Positions 37,901 to 50,900 of a stretch of DNA of 64,000 bases are shown piece after piece. Position 1 is the stretch's first letter; each line of letters starts with the position of its first letter. Source of the DNA: Hormiphora californensis (lineage: Eukaryota > Animalia > Ctenophora); the NCBI GenBank assembly GCA_020137815.1, contig CM035351.1:7998001-8062000 (forward strand), in the 5' to 3' direction. Below the pieces are notes generated by a model. That model saw only the letters and a program-made list of their open reading frames with translations. It was not told the DNA's origin and did no database searches. The position numbers and the translations under genes were made by a program.

Positions 37901-40148
37901 GAAGGCTCTGAAAGATAAGAATGAGACGCTAAAGAAACAGGCTGAGGAGGCCGAGGCAGCTGCTGCTGACCTCAAGAAGAAGTTGAGGACTGCAGAGGGG
38001 GAGGCAAAGAAGGCCCAGGATGCGGTGAAGAACAACAAGGACACTAAGAAGTTGGAACTGACTAAGAAGGTTCTGGATGAAACTAGGGCTAAACTTGCTC
38101 AGTCTGAGGAGAGGAAGACTGAACTGGATAGGGAGAATGAGAAACTAGCCAAGGAACTTTCTGAGGTACAGTGAAACACTTTATACACATCCTTTACTTG
38201 TTCTAACCTTTTCTTGTTCTAACTTTCTTGTTCTAACTTTCTTGTTCTAACGCGGGGTTTGGTAAAGAGGGTTTTGACAAGTAACTCTGAGCTTCAAACC
38301 ATATTACCCAATTCCCAGTTGGGTGTGAGGATGAAGACGCTATCAGCAGCTGCAGAGGAGGGAGAGAAGATGGCAGCAGAGTGTGCTGATATGAAGTCAG
38401 AAATGAAGAAAATTAAAACTGAAAATGCAGAGGTGAGAATAAAGTTTGTTTACCAATTTTATTTCCTACTGATTCATGTTACCACCTTTTAACACATTGT
38501 TGTGTTCTAACATTTCTTATGTCGGGGGAGAGGGAAGGTAGTTCAAAATCTGACGTTGAGGAAGAGGGAGTCCAGGGGGTCTAGCAAGGTACAGTTCTAA
38601 CACACATGTTTCTCTAGCTGGTGGAGAACTATAACAGTGAGAGAGTGCTCAGAAAGAAGTACTACAACATGATAGAGGATATGAAGGGGAAGATTAGGGT
38701 GTATTGCAGGGCCAGACCAATATCTGGATCGGAGAGGGAGCGGGGCAACTACTCGGTCATCATGTCTCCTGATGAGTATACTGTCCAAGTTCAAACTAAA
38801 CGAGGCGTCAAGGAGTTTGCTTTTGATCAGGTAAGTTTTCTCCCGTTCCGTCTCCCGTTTGAACTGCCGTGGTTTTGAATTGTCCATACGTTTTATTCTA
38901 ATTACACTACCTACAGGTGTTCACTCCTGATACACGAGGCCAACAGGAGCACGTGTTTGAGGATGTCAAGATGTTGATTCAGTCAGCAGTAGATGGTTAC
39001 AATGTGTGTCTCTTTGCTTACGGGCAAACAGGTAAATAATATTCGGCATTATCTGGCGCACCTAGATTACACCATCATTACTCCTCCATCCTCCAGTACT
39101 AAACACCCTCCAGTATAACTAACAGTCCCTCCACCATCTCTACAGGTTCTGGTAAGACCTTCACCATGATAGGAGATAGTTCTGGCAAGATGCCCGGTGT
39201 AGCACCTCGTGCATACCAGGAGATATTCGACCTGTTGGACGGTAATAAGAAGAAGTTTGGGTATAGTGTCAGTGTCTACATGGTGGAGTTATACAATGAT
39301 CAGTTACTGGACTTGTTCGATAAATCACACTCCGCTAAACTTGATATCAAGAAGGACAAGAAAGGTTTGTACTCCTATTCTATTTGAATACAATGCTCCC
39401 AAATCCCAATCCCCTGACACTCTTCCATACGCTCCAGAGGGTACTTAGAACTAGTCAACTAGCCCCTCTCCCCATCTCTAGTCTCTACCACCCCCAACTG
39501 TCTACTACCCACCCTTCTCCATCCAGGCATGGTGGTGATCCAGAACGCGGTAATTAAACATGTTGCATCAGTAGAAGAGCTCCAGAATGTATTTGACGCG
39601 GGTAGTAAAAACAGACACGTTGCTTCAACTAAAATGAACGCCGAGAGCTCCAGATCTCATTTGATTATTGGTATTGTTATTGAAACCTACCAATCTGCTT
39701 ACTGGCGCTGTTCTAAAAGGAAAGGTAAGGACACAGTTTTCTATGTAATGTTCTAAACTTCATTTACATTTGTGCGGAACGCGGTGAGACAGGGTCGAAC
39801 AAGGCAGGACTCAGTTACGTCTAGATATATAAGGTGTGTTTTTCTTGATCACTATTTGCAATTTCCCTCTCCCAGTTGAGTTTGGTGGATCTTGCTGGTT
39901 CTGAGAGGGCCGCCAAAACAGGAGCCACCCCAGAACAGTTGAAGGAAGCCCAGAGTATCAACAAGTCCCTGTCTGCCCTGGGTGATGTTATTCAGGCTCT
40001 TAGCTCAGAGGCTAACTTCGTACCTTACCGTAACAACAAACTTACCATGGTCATGCAGGATTCACTTGGTAATATGTAGTGGTTATCTTTTCCCCTCTCT
40101 CTCTCTCTCTCTCTATCTATCTCTCTTTTGTTTCTCTCTCTTTTCTCT

Positions 40149-40227
<79 letters not shown>

Positions 40228-40976
40228 CCCTCTCTCTCCCTCTCTTTCTGGTGTGGTTTACTACACACACACAGAACATTACGATATTTGTTGCCATAGC
40301 AACAGTGATCTCTAATACTCTCTCTGTGTTCAGGTGGCAACGCGAAGACCCTTATGTTTGTTAACATTTCCCCTGCTGACTATAACACAGATGAAACCAT
40401 CGTCTCACTAACGTTAGTACTCGTGTTAACATGTGTACTCATTCTGTGTTAACATGTGTTAACAATATCCATCTTCCCCAGATATGCCGCTCGAGTGAAA
40501 CTAATTACTAACGATGCCAGTAAGAACGCAGACAACAAGGAAATTACTCGACTCAAAGGGGTAAGCTCTCAAATGTTCTCGTCTGGATTTAAGAATAGGA
40601 TATTCGAAGTCAACTTCAGTCTTCTAGTCGAGAACTTGGCATTGATTTGTTTTGCTCCGCGCTAGCAATTGGCACGCGCGCGGCTTTACATTTGATGAAA
40701 GTACAAGTTGTAAGCGCCGTAACACCAAGCGTGGGAAAAAATCTTAGTAGACTCAGCTCGGACTTCAGTCTGAACTCTGAATTCTTTCTGATTTGGTGGG
40801 AACCAGCCATGAGCCATCCGGCGTCAGGATAACAATAGTTGCCTAATTTTTTAGCATGATCTGATTATCATCCTATTGGCTGCTGCAGCTCCAAATGATG
40901 TAACAGTGTGTCCTTTCAGATAATATCCAAGTTGAAGAAAGGAGAAGCTCTCGGTGAAGATGATGAAGCGGATTGA
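31945..40976 (+). CDS. C-terminal-motor kinesin (kinesin-14, KCBP/kinesin-C-like) with a long coiled-coil stalk, ~25-30 exons
   Basis: Neck [23 protein letters not shown] (38650-38720); P-loop AYGQTG|SGKT across an intron (39030/39146); switch [10 protein letters not shown]; switch [11 protein letters not shown]; [12 protein letters not shown]; [15 protein letters not shown]|[13 protein letters not shown]; last exon 40920-40976. Upstream exons are E/K/A-rich coiled coil. One +1 indel at ~39686. Confidence 0.93.
40095..40247. repeat. (CT)n microsatellite in a kinesin intron
   Basis: Dinucleotide run. Confidence 0.95.
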
Positions 40977-41643
40977 AGTGGCCAACTGGTCCCTCTGTAG
41001 AAGTGTAGTGAGTACCTAATAGATGAGATGGTTGTTCAGATATTCAGATCTTTTTATTGTTTGTAGAGAGAAAATAGACATAGTTGATTTGAACGATTGA
41101 ACTAGGACACCGAGACTCAGACACCTCGCCGAAAAGCCTAAATTCCTTTTAACTGTAAATAGATTTGTAGAAATGAACAAAGACTAATTATTGACCAATT
41201 ATTCAGACAATATGATTCTTTTTACTATCAATTAGATGGAATATTCTATTACTGGTGGAGTGAATTATATGACCCATTGTTTTCTCGCCATATAAATTTG
41301 TACGTTTTAGCTTCGATTTTGTTATCCAACCAAAGAAGCGTGTTCAAATTACTTGTAGATCAGCTCAATAGACCTCTTCTTGCTCTTGACAGTTTGATAC
41401 TGAGAGTGAGACGATGGTAGTAATTTCGGATTTCTTCTCCACCCCACACTTGCCTTGGTCGACACTAGGACTCACTGAACAAAACAATCCAATACAACAG
41501 ATGTGGGACTTGTTGTTGTGGGACGGGGCGAATCAGGGGTAATATCCTGGGATCAGAACAATAGAAATCTCCAGGGTGCTGTGAATAGATGAAACGGAGG
41601 AGGTAAATATCCGTGTCCGCACGTGCCCCCCAATATTGGCACC

Positions 41644-41649
<6 letters not shown>

Positions 41650-41680
<31 letters not shown>

Positions 41681-44020
41681 GAGAGAGAGAGAGAGGAAAA
41701 GGAGAAGAGAAGGGGAGGAGGAGAGAAGGAGAGAAGAAGAAGAGAAGAAAGGGGAGGGGATCATCTCGCCGGGTAGCGATAGAGGGTTTTTCCCCGCCCC
41801 TTTGAAACGATCGACCGCCGGCTGCGAAGTCTTTCCCCCTCTCTCCCCGTCTCCTCTCTCCTCGCCGCCTCTCGCTCCTCTCCTCTGCAGCTCCTCTCTC
41901 TCTCTCCTCTCTCTCCTCGCTCTCTCTCTCTCTCTCTTCTCTCCTCTCCTCTCTCTCCGCCTTTCCCCTCTCCTCTCTCTCTCTCTCTCTTCTCCCCTCT
42001 CTCTCTTTCTTCTTCTCTCCCCCTTTCCCCCTCTCCCCTTTTGAAAAATTTAAAGGGAAAAAGGGGGGTTTTTTTCCCCCAAAAAAGGCCGGGGGGTTTT
42101 TTTTCCCAAAAAAAAACCAAATTAAAAAAATTTAAAAAAACCCCCCGGGGGGGGAAAAAAAGGGGGGGGAAAAAAAAAACCCCACCCCCCCCCAAAAATG
42201 GGGGAAAAACCAAAAAAAAAAAAATTGGGGGGGGGGAGGGGCAAACCGGGGAAAATTTAAAAAAAAAAAAAAAGGGGGGGGAAAATAAAAGGGGGAAAAA
42301 AAAGGGGGAAGGGGAAAATTTTAAGGGGGGGGAAAAAAAGGGGGGGGGGGGGTTTTTTTTTGGGGGGGGGGGGGGGGGGGGGGGAGGGGGGGAAAAAAAA
42401 GGGGGGGGGGAAAAGGGAAAGAAAAAAGGGGGGGAAAAAAAAAAAAACCCCGGGGGGAAAAAAGGGGGGGAAAAAAGGGGGGAAAGGGGAAGGGGGGGGG
42501 GGAAAAAAAAAAAGGGGGGGGAAAAAAAGGGGGGGAATTGGGGGGGGGTTTTAAAAAAGGGGGGAAAACCCCCAAAAACCCCCCGGGGAAAATTTTTTCC
42601 CCTTTTCCCCCCCCCAAAGGGGGGCCCCAAAAAAAATTTTTTTCCCAAATTTCCAAAACCCCCCCCAAAATTTTCCCCCTTTTTTTTTCCCCCCCCTTCC
42701 CCCCCCTTTTTTTCCCCCCCCCCTTTTTTTCCCCAAGGGGGGGGGGGGGGTTTTTAAAAAAAAAAACCCCCCCTTTTTTTCCCCCCCCCCCTTAAATTTT
42801 TCCCCCCTTTTTCCCCCCCCTTTTTTAAATTTTCCCCCCCCTTTTTTTTAAAAAAATTTTTTTTGGGCCCCCTTTTTTTTAAAAAAAAAACCCCCCCCCT
42901 TTCCCCCCCCCTTTTTTTTTTCCCCCCCCCTTTTTCCCGGCCGGAATTTTTTAAAATTTTTTTTAACCCAAAAATTTTTTAAAGCCCCCAAATTTTAAAA
43001 ATTTTTCCCCCCCTTTAAACCCCCCCCCCCCCCCAAAAAAAGAAAAATTTAAAAAAAAAAATTAAAATTTTTTCGGAAAAAAGGGGGGGGAAAAAAAATT
43101 TTTTTAAAATTTTTAAATTTTTAAAAAAAATTTTTTCCCTTTTTAAATTTTAAATTTTTAAAAAAAAAAAAATTTTTAAATTTTTTTTTTAAACCCCTTT
43201 TTTTCCCCCAAAATTTTTTAAAAAAGGTTTTCAAAAACCCCCCCCCCCCTTTTTCCCCCCCCCCCCAAAACCGGAAGGAAAAAAATTTTTTTTTAAAAAT
43301 TTTTTTTTTCCCCCCCGGGTTTTAAAAAAAGGGGGGGGCCCCCAAAAAAGCCCCCAACCCTAAAAATTTTTTTCCCCCCCCAAAAAAAAAAACCCCCCCC
43401 CTTTTTTTTTTTGGGGGAAAAAAGGGGGGGGCCCCCCGGGGGGTTTTTTAAAAAAAAAAAGGGGGCCCCCCCCCCCTTTTTTTGGGTTTCAAAAAAAGGG
43501 GGAACCCCCCTCCCCCAAAAAATTTTTCCCCCAAAGGGTTTTTTTCCACTTGGGACCTTCCCTTTTTGGGGGTTTTTAAAAAAAAATTTCCCCCCCTTTT
43601 TTTTTTAAAAAAAAATTTTTTAAAAAAAAAAAAACCCCCCAAAAATTTTTTCCCCCCCCGGCCCCCAAAAATTTTTTTTTAAAATTTTTAAAAATTTTTA
43701 AAACCCAAATTAATTCCAAAAAAATTTTTTTAAAAAAAAAATTTTTTTAAAAAAAATTTTTTAAAAAATTTTTTTAAAAAATTTTCCCAAAAAAAGGGGG
43801 GTTTTTTTTTTTTTTAAAACGGGGGGGGGAACCTTTTAAATTTTTTTTTAAAAAAAAATTTTTTAAATTTTCCGGGGCCCCCCCCTTTTTTTTCCCCCGG
43901 GGAAAAAAAACCCCAAAAAAATTTTTTTTAAAAAACCCCCAAAAAACCCCCCCCCCCCCCCCCCCCTTCCCAAAAACCCCCCCCTTTTTTGGGGGGCCCC
44001 CAAACCCCCCCGGGGGTTTC
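41650..44020. other. Low-quality or artefactual sequence: GA-rich then CT-rich tract, followed by ~2 kb of homopolymer runs
   Basis: From 42041 the sequence is almost only runs of A, C, G or T with no period, typical of failed base-calling after a microsatellite. Confidence 0.9.
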
Positions 44021-44048
44021 CGATAAACCTATTGAGCATAAGTAAGAA

Positions 44049-44426
44049 AACTTTTCTCCTGGAAACGCTAGAAGTTAATGTGAGGGCACTTTTCCGACTA
44101 ACTTTGATACGCTGAATCACGTAAAAAACTTTTCCAAGCCCTCAGAGGTGAAGAAAGTGCCCTAATTGAGCAATTATGGTCAATTAGACCCAATCAGACT
44201 CAATTAGGGCAATTTCCCCGCCTCTTAGGGCTTGGAAAAGTTGCTTACGTGAATCAGCGTATCAAAGTTAGTCGGAAAAGTGCCCTCACATTAACTTCTA
44301 GCGTTTTCAGGAGAAAAGTTGTAAGTCCGGTCAATTACACCCAATTATGCTCAATTAGGGCACTTTCTTCACATCTGAGCGCTTGCCAGAGTTGCTCACG
44401 TGATTCAGCGTATTAAAATTAGTCGA
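44049..44426. repeat. ~125-bp inverted repeat (44049-44170 vs 44200-44319) plus a partial third copy; likely part of a foldback element
   Basis: aacttttctcctggaaacgctagaagttaatgtgagggcacttttccgactaactttgatacgctga vs tcagcgtatcaaagttagtcggaaaagtgccctcacattaacttctagcgttttcaggagaaaagtt. Confidence 0.85.
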
Positions 44427-44520
44427 GTACACTGTTTTTCGCTTTTATATGAATGTCCTTGTGTTCATAATAATCGTGCAGCTGCCAGATGAGCCACATG
44501 AGCCATTTCTACCACCCGTC

Positions 44521-44672
44521 CAAAGCCATTTCAAAAGCTATTTCAAAAGCTATTTCAAAAGCTATTTCAAAAGCTATTTCAAAACTATTTCAAAAGCTAT
44601 TTCAAAACTATTTCAAAAGCTATTTTAAAACTAAAATTTTTCTAAAAAAATTTCAAAACTATTTCAAAACTA
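44521..44672. repeat. 12-bp tandem repeat (tttcaaaagcta)
   Basis: About 10 direct copies, some with deletions. Confidence 0.9.
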
Positions 44673-44967
44673 GTTTGAACTTCGAATTACATGTGATTTA
44701 CAGGTTATTATGCATTTTTGCTATTAACTTGCAATTGTTCTAGGGTGAGCCATTTCTCCCACCACACTGCCACACAGGATGTGTCCCTCAATGTTCAGGT
44801 ATCTCTTACTAACCTCACTGGCCCTCTCCCTCTGTTTCGCTAGCCCTGGAGAACTGTTGAAAAAACTACGTGGCAAACGGTAGGTTAACACACGCCCCAC
44901 TCCACACCCTAAACAACTCATTTTCCCTCCATTCCCATTGCTAACAGATACCTCCCCCCCCTTTCAG

Positions 44968-45770
44968 TTTGGTGGCATTGGAACAGAGAGGAGGTGGACC
45001 ATTTAAAGATGTGATTCTGGCAGCACATAACGACTACAGGTCCAAGCATGGCTCCCCACCCCTTTCCTGGGACTCTAAGTTGGAGAGGGAGGCCACCTCA
45101 TGGGCCAACACACTCGCCTCAACCGATAGCTTCAAACACAGTGATGCCGGCTCAAAGGGGTGAGTGAAATTTCATAAACTTGAATCACATCCTACAGCTG
45201 AATCTGAGTTTAACCCTCTTCCGTTTTATGATTTACTCAAAATTTACTCACAATTCTGTAACCGTCACGTCCTTTCAGAATGGGAGAGAACCTGTATTAC
45301 TCAATGGGCTACCCCGAGAAGAAGATTCCCAAGATTGCAGTTCAGAAGTGGTACGATGAGATAAAGGATTACGATTTCAACAACCCTGTCTTTGGACACA
45401 AAACCGGCCATTTCACTCAGGTATGGTAGATGGTTTTTTGCATCTTGTATAAGTTATACTATAACTTATACTATAACTTATACTATAACTTATACTATAA
45501 CTTATACTATAAGATTGGGTTGATGACTCTTCTGGTGCATCGTGTCAAGTTACTGACAAAGTGACAAGGTCTGCCCAACATGGATTTCTTTTTAGCAACC
45601 TTCTAAAATACTAATAACCCCTCTCCCACCAGGTTGTTTGGAAAGATACGACGAAGGTGGGATGTGGTTACGCTAAATCTTCAACCGGCAAGACCTACGT
45701 GTGCTGCAACTACACTCCCCCTGGCAATTGGCAGGGAGAATTTGCCCAGAATGTTCTGAGACCTAAATAA
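44968..45770 (+). CDS. CAP/SCP/TAPS (GAPR-1/GLIPR2-like) protein; exons 44968-45159, 45279-45420, 45633-45770; 5' exons unresolved
   Basis: [44 protein letters not shown]|[32 protein letters not shown]; splice phases are consistent. Confidence 0.93.
45455..45512. repeat. 12-bp tandem repeat (tatactataact) x~5, intronic
   Basis: Direct copies visible. Confidence 0.9.
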
Positions 45771-46626
45771 ACTCACCCATTTCACCAGTTACAGAACTGA
45801 ATAACTTTTCCTGCAAATTATCATACAATCTTTTTTCTTATTTCTTGACTTTTTACTATGTATTCTTATTTTTGCTGAGTGATAACATTTGAATTGAGTT
45901 TTTCCTCCTTACTTGCTAATTCGGGATTGATATCTGTCCATTATTTGTTAATAAGTTGTAAATTAACCGAATAGTGTGTTTATTTCATGAATGTTAAAAC
46001 AAAACAAAAGTGCAGATTTGCGGAAACTGGTGCGCGGAAAATAATTGCGCGTCCCTGTCGCGCGCCGCGATGTTTCATGTTAATGAATTTCATTTCAAAA
46101 TCGAAAAAAATTTGGTGATTTTGATCTTCGAATTTTTCGTTTTTGCTAAAAATCAAGTTTGTCGGACCGGATCACACATTCAACAACAATAAAATTGCTC
46201 TGTACACAAACTGAACCCTGAAGAATTGTTTCCCGTGGTCATAGTTCTAACTTTTACGAATAATTCGTTTTGAAACAGGAAACTGCCGTGGCAGCCGGCA
46301 GGTGGCTGCCGCCCCTGACGGCTGACGCACAGGGATACGCTGGGCCCGAGGCGGAAGGCCCAGCTCCGTTTAGGCTTTTCAAGTCAAATTGTGAGACCAT
46401 CGCTTTAACGTTAAAAATTTGCAACCGCTGGATCCTGCCCCGTGCCCGCCCCCATCACCCCGCGGCCCGCCCCTGGGGCCTGTTTGTGGGAATTTCTCGA
46501 TTTTAATATTCAAACAGCTGAATAGTCTCTAAAATTGCTTAATTTCCATAATATTGCAAACTCTACAAAATACTGCCAAAGTGTTCAGTTCATTTAAACT
46601 TATTTGTAGCCTAGGCCGGCCTAAGC

Positions 46627-47366
46627 CTACGCCACAAGAAAGATAACAGCACCAACAAGAAGGGACAGAGCTGCAGTAATATGGTGTCCACCATTGTTTC
46701 CACCGCTGTTATCCTCACTAGTTAGTGCTGCCACATTCTCAGCATATTCTCCCACATAGTTTCCTGCCGGGTAATACTGACATACAACGTAGTACGAGTT
46801 GAATCCATTCTTAACAAATGTCGTGTAACCACAGTTAACTTGTTCACTGGCTTGCCAAACCACCTGTAAAAAGTTGGATGTTATCATGTTCTAAGAAAAT
46901 TCCTGAGCTGGGTGACAAGTCCCAGCTTACACAAAAACGGTGTTGTTACTAGTATGGTGATTATTACCTGTGTGAAATGTCCAGTTACTGTTCCATCCTT
47001 GCCACTACTGCTACTAAAGTCCCAGTCCGATATTTCATCGTACCAGGCCTGGGTAGAGGACTCATAAGCCGCTGTAATATTAGCAACAGTCCCAGTTGTA
47101 CCAGCATAAGCCAAGTTCTCTCCATAGTCCCCAGTGCTGTGTTCCATGGTTAGTGCAGCTGCCATTGATTCAGCCCAACTTTGTGAGGTGTAAGTGATAT
47201 CATCCCCACTCTCCCCATAACATAGATCTGCCGTGTTGTCGTGAAGGGCTCTCAGCGCATTGTGCTTGTCTAGTATAATCTGTTCTGCGGCTGATAGGGA
47301 GCCGCTCTTGCAGACTCCTTCTACAGATCCTAGGAGGAGTAGGGCAACACAAACTGCAGAAAACAT
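46627..47366 (-). CDS. Secreted, probably GPI-anchored CAP/SCP protein; exons 46968-47366 and 46627-46864
   Basis: Signal peptide MFSAVCVALLLLGSVEG; HNALRALH, YGENLA, AWYDEISDWDF, GHFTQ|VVW, YVVCQYYPAGN; small-residue spacer plus hydrophobic tail ending at the stop. Confidence 0.92.
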
Positions 47367-47932
47367 ATTGAGAAATAGAATGATTTAGCTTGTTTGCAGC
47401 TCTATTTTGTAGTGTAGGTCTGCACGGGTCTGCATGTTACATTAACAAGCAACCGTCGACACGGCGTCGTGAGAAATCTATCCTTGCTCATTGGTTGGTT
47501 GCTCCCCCGATCTTCTCACGCCACAGTGTTAGTACCAGTTCAACTCATGTGTAGTATTCAGGTGTGGTGTTCCTGTGTTATAGTCTAGATTGTTACTTGC
47601 GTCTGCTGTGCTGGATAAACACGAGAAATATTATTTAGTAGCCTAATGACACGATTAAACCACGCAGTTTTGTTGCTGGGTGGGAAACAATTCCCATGGC
47701 TTTGTTCTCCTTTAGCATGTCACACTTGTCTGCACGACACATGTGCATACGAGATTAGACATGTGCATTAGATCGATATTAGTTAAACAGTGATCGCACT
47801 GCAACACACCATGTGTTACAACGATATATAATTATAGCATGTTACAAAGCAGCTCTCTCTCTCTCTCTCTCCGATATATAGGGATGTAATGACATGAGGG
47901 ATGAGAATGATGTATTATTATATTAGTTACAG

Positions 47933-50900
47933 ATGTGGCACTGGATAGTTCTACCCTTCCTCCTCCTCCTCCTCCCCTCAACTGATGCAGCTGTGACACC
48001 AGTCTGTTACAACTGTCATTGCAGCAGATATGAACTTGACAGGAGTATCTCCTGCAAGACAGGAATGTAAGTTGTTATTTCTCTTGTTGGTGTTGTCATG
48101 TCTTTCATCTGGGGAACACGAACGTAGTTTTGTATTCGTGTTGAATCACCCAATATTTGTATGGCCTATACTATAGTATACTACCCCTGTTATCTGGCTG
48201 AGTTAAATTACCTTCCTTTTAGATTCAACATGACATCATATTTCTCAATATGGACTCGTGTAATGCACGTGGGACCTGGTAGCGATGTTGTGCTAGCTGC
48301 ACAGTTGAAGGAAGATACATCTGATTATTGCTGGTGTACTGATGCTAAGTTAGAGTGGAATGGAATACTCCAGAACTCCTCAGGGCGCCTCCTAACAACT
48401 CACATGAAGGTACGTGGTGTAATGTGCACGTGTGTACGTGGTGTAATGTGCACGTGCATGTACGTGGTTTTGAGAAGGAGATATTATATCAGTACTTGCT
48501 TGTTAGATCACAGTAGTGTAACATGTGAACTACTACAGGAGGTTACGGGAATTGAGAGTGGTTACTTCTGGGCAGTGCTTGCTATCGAGGACAAGTTCTT
48601 CTTCTCCGAAGAGATACTACTAAACATCACAGGTATTTTACACAGCAACCACCCAAAGGGTAAAACGCCCTCATTTCTAACCCCATACACAGTGCCTGAA
48701 GTGGATCCCACCCTCCCTCCCCTTCCTAACCCTCTATCTAACCCCTGCACACTGCACAGTGCCCGAAGTGGATCCCACCCTCCCTCCCCTTCCTAATCCT
48801 GTATCTAACCCCTACACAGTGCCCGAAGTGGATCCCACCCTCCCTCCCCTTCCTAATCCTCTACCTAACCCCTGCACAGTGCCCGAAGTGGATCCCACCC
48901 TCCCTCCCCTTCCTAACCCTCTCTCACCCCTGCACAGTGCCCGAAGTGGATCCCACCCTCTCTCCCCTTCCTAATCCTCTATCTAACCCCTACACAGTGC
49001 CTGAAGTGGATCCCACCCTCCCTCCCCTTCCTAATCCCCTACCTAACCCCTACACAGTGCACGAAGTGGATCCCACCCTCCCTCCCCTTCCTAATCCTCT
49101 ATCTACCCCCTGCACAGTGCCCGAAGTGGATCCCACCCTCTCTCCCCTTCCTAATCCTCTATCTAACCCCTACACAGTGCCCGAAGTGGATCCCACCCTC
49201 CCTCCCCTTCCTAATCCTCTACCTAACCCCTGCACAGTGCCCGAAGTGGATCCCACCCTCCCTCCCCTTCCTAATCCCCTACCTAACCCCTACACAGTGC
49301 ACGAAGTGGATCCCACCCTCCCTCCCCTTCCTAATCCTCTATCTACCCCCTGCACAGTGCCCGAAGTGGATCCCACCCTCTCTCCCCTTCCTAATCCTCT
49401 ATCTAACCCCTACACAGTGCCCGAAGTGGATCCCACCCTCCCTCCCCTTCCTAATCCCCTACCTAACCCCTACACAGTGCACGAAGTGGATCCCACCCTC
49501 CCTCCCCTTCCTAATCCTCTATCTACCCCCTGCACAGTGCCCGAAGTGGATCCCACCCTCTCTCCCCTTCCTAATCCTCTATCTAACCCCTAGACAGTGC
49601 CCGAAGTGGATCCCACCCTCCCCCTTCCTAATCCTCTATCCTACCCCCTACACAGTACCCGAAGTGGATCCCACCCTCCCTCCCCTGGATATCGACCCCA
49701 AGATGAGTGCCCTGATAGTGGGCATCCTATTTGTTGTTATAATGGTGTGTGGTATCGCTAATATACTGCTGTCAACTACACAAGAGGTCGATGATGATGA
49801 AGAAGAAGTTCAGGATGAGCGCGTAAGTAAAATTCTAATTTGTCGGCATTGTAACCCATTTGAAGCACATGTTTTACTGTGATATTCTATAGGATTCTAG
49901 CTAACCCATCTTTTCAAGAGGATTATCCGTTTAAGCCTCCTTCTCCTCCTGTCCAGAACAAAGTAACACATCCCTTGTAAAACGTGCCAATAACATGTGT
50001 GTGGGTGTCTCTCCTTTTCTTGAAAATAGCAAGATGAGAAACCTGTTTTCTTGAAAATAGAAACCTGTCAGTGATACGTGTTTGCTGATAAAATATATAT
50101 TATTCACCCTCACGTCTTGTCAAATTCAGTGTGTGTCTGTGTATCAACACAATATGCTGTATTAAATAATGACTGAAAAACACTGCATGATTTATAATCA
50201 CATCATGTAATCCCTGACCCCCTAGCTGATTATCATTCCTCAGGTCTGAGAGTAAGTTCCCTCTAACGTCATGGGACCTCCAGGCACACTCAGAGATCAT
50301 TGTGGAGGAGACACATGTTCCCCACCCTGCCAGTGATCTAGACGAGGAGGGATCTGTGTCTAGTGAGGGGGTGAAGGAGAAGTCCACCTCCATCTCATCA
50401 CAGGATGAGGGCAACAAGGTAGAGCTTCCATTTAGTTTCCAGGGCTCACCTCTCTAAATCTACCCAGTTATAGTAGACATCTTTTCACGCCTTTTCATTC
50501 CTGTTCATTTCATAACCGCACTGTATTTAGTAGATCTAAGATAACCGAATTAGGCTACATTTAGAAGAGAGAGGACATGTTCTAGAATATCTCTAATATA
50601 GAGCTAACTCACACCTCACCCAGAAAGGAATGTTTTTCTAACACCCCCCCTCTCTCTCTCACCTGTTGTGCAGGTACCGGATGTGGAAGTAGGGAATGGC
50701 GCCCCCGCGATGTATCATCTACCGATAACTGATGATAGATTTAGCACTGATAAATCTTGGTATCGCTCACTCAATACTGAGGTACTAATAATACCATAAT
50801 GATATTGATATGCAACATAGCATATACCGCCCCCTCAATATACAGAGTGTGTTTGTCGGTACTATGTGCTCTAAAGTAGGAGGGTGAAGTATTGGTTATA

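Noticed and set aside
42041-44020. Lys/Gly/Phe/Pro-rich ORFs and apparent G-quadruplex-rich DNA
   Set aside because: Aperiodic homopolymer runs following a GA/CT microsatellite are characteristic of failed base-calling, not biology.
48675-49687. CRISPR-like appearance of regular repeats (also 5185-5690)
   Set aside because: Units are contiguous with no unique spacers, the context is eukaryotic and intron-containing, and there are no cas genes.
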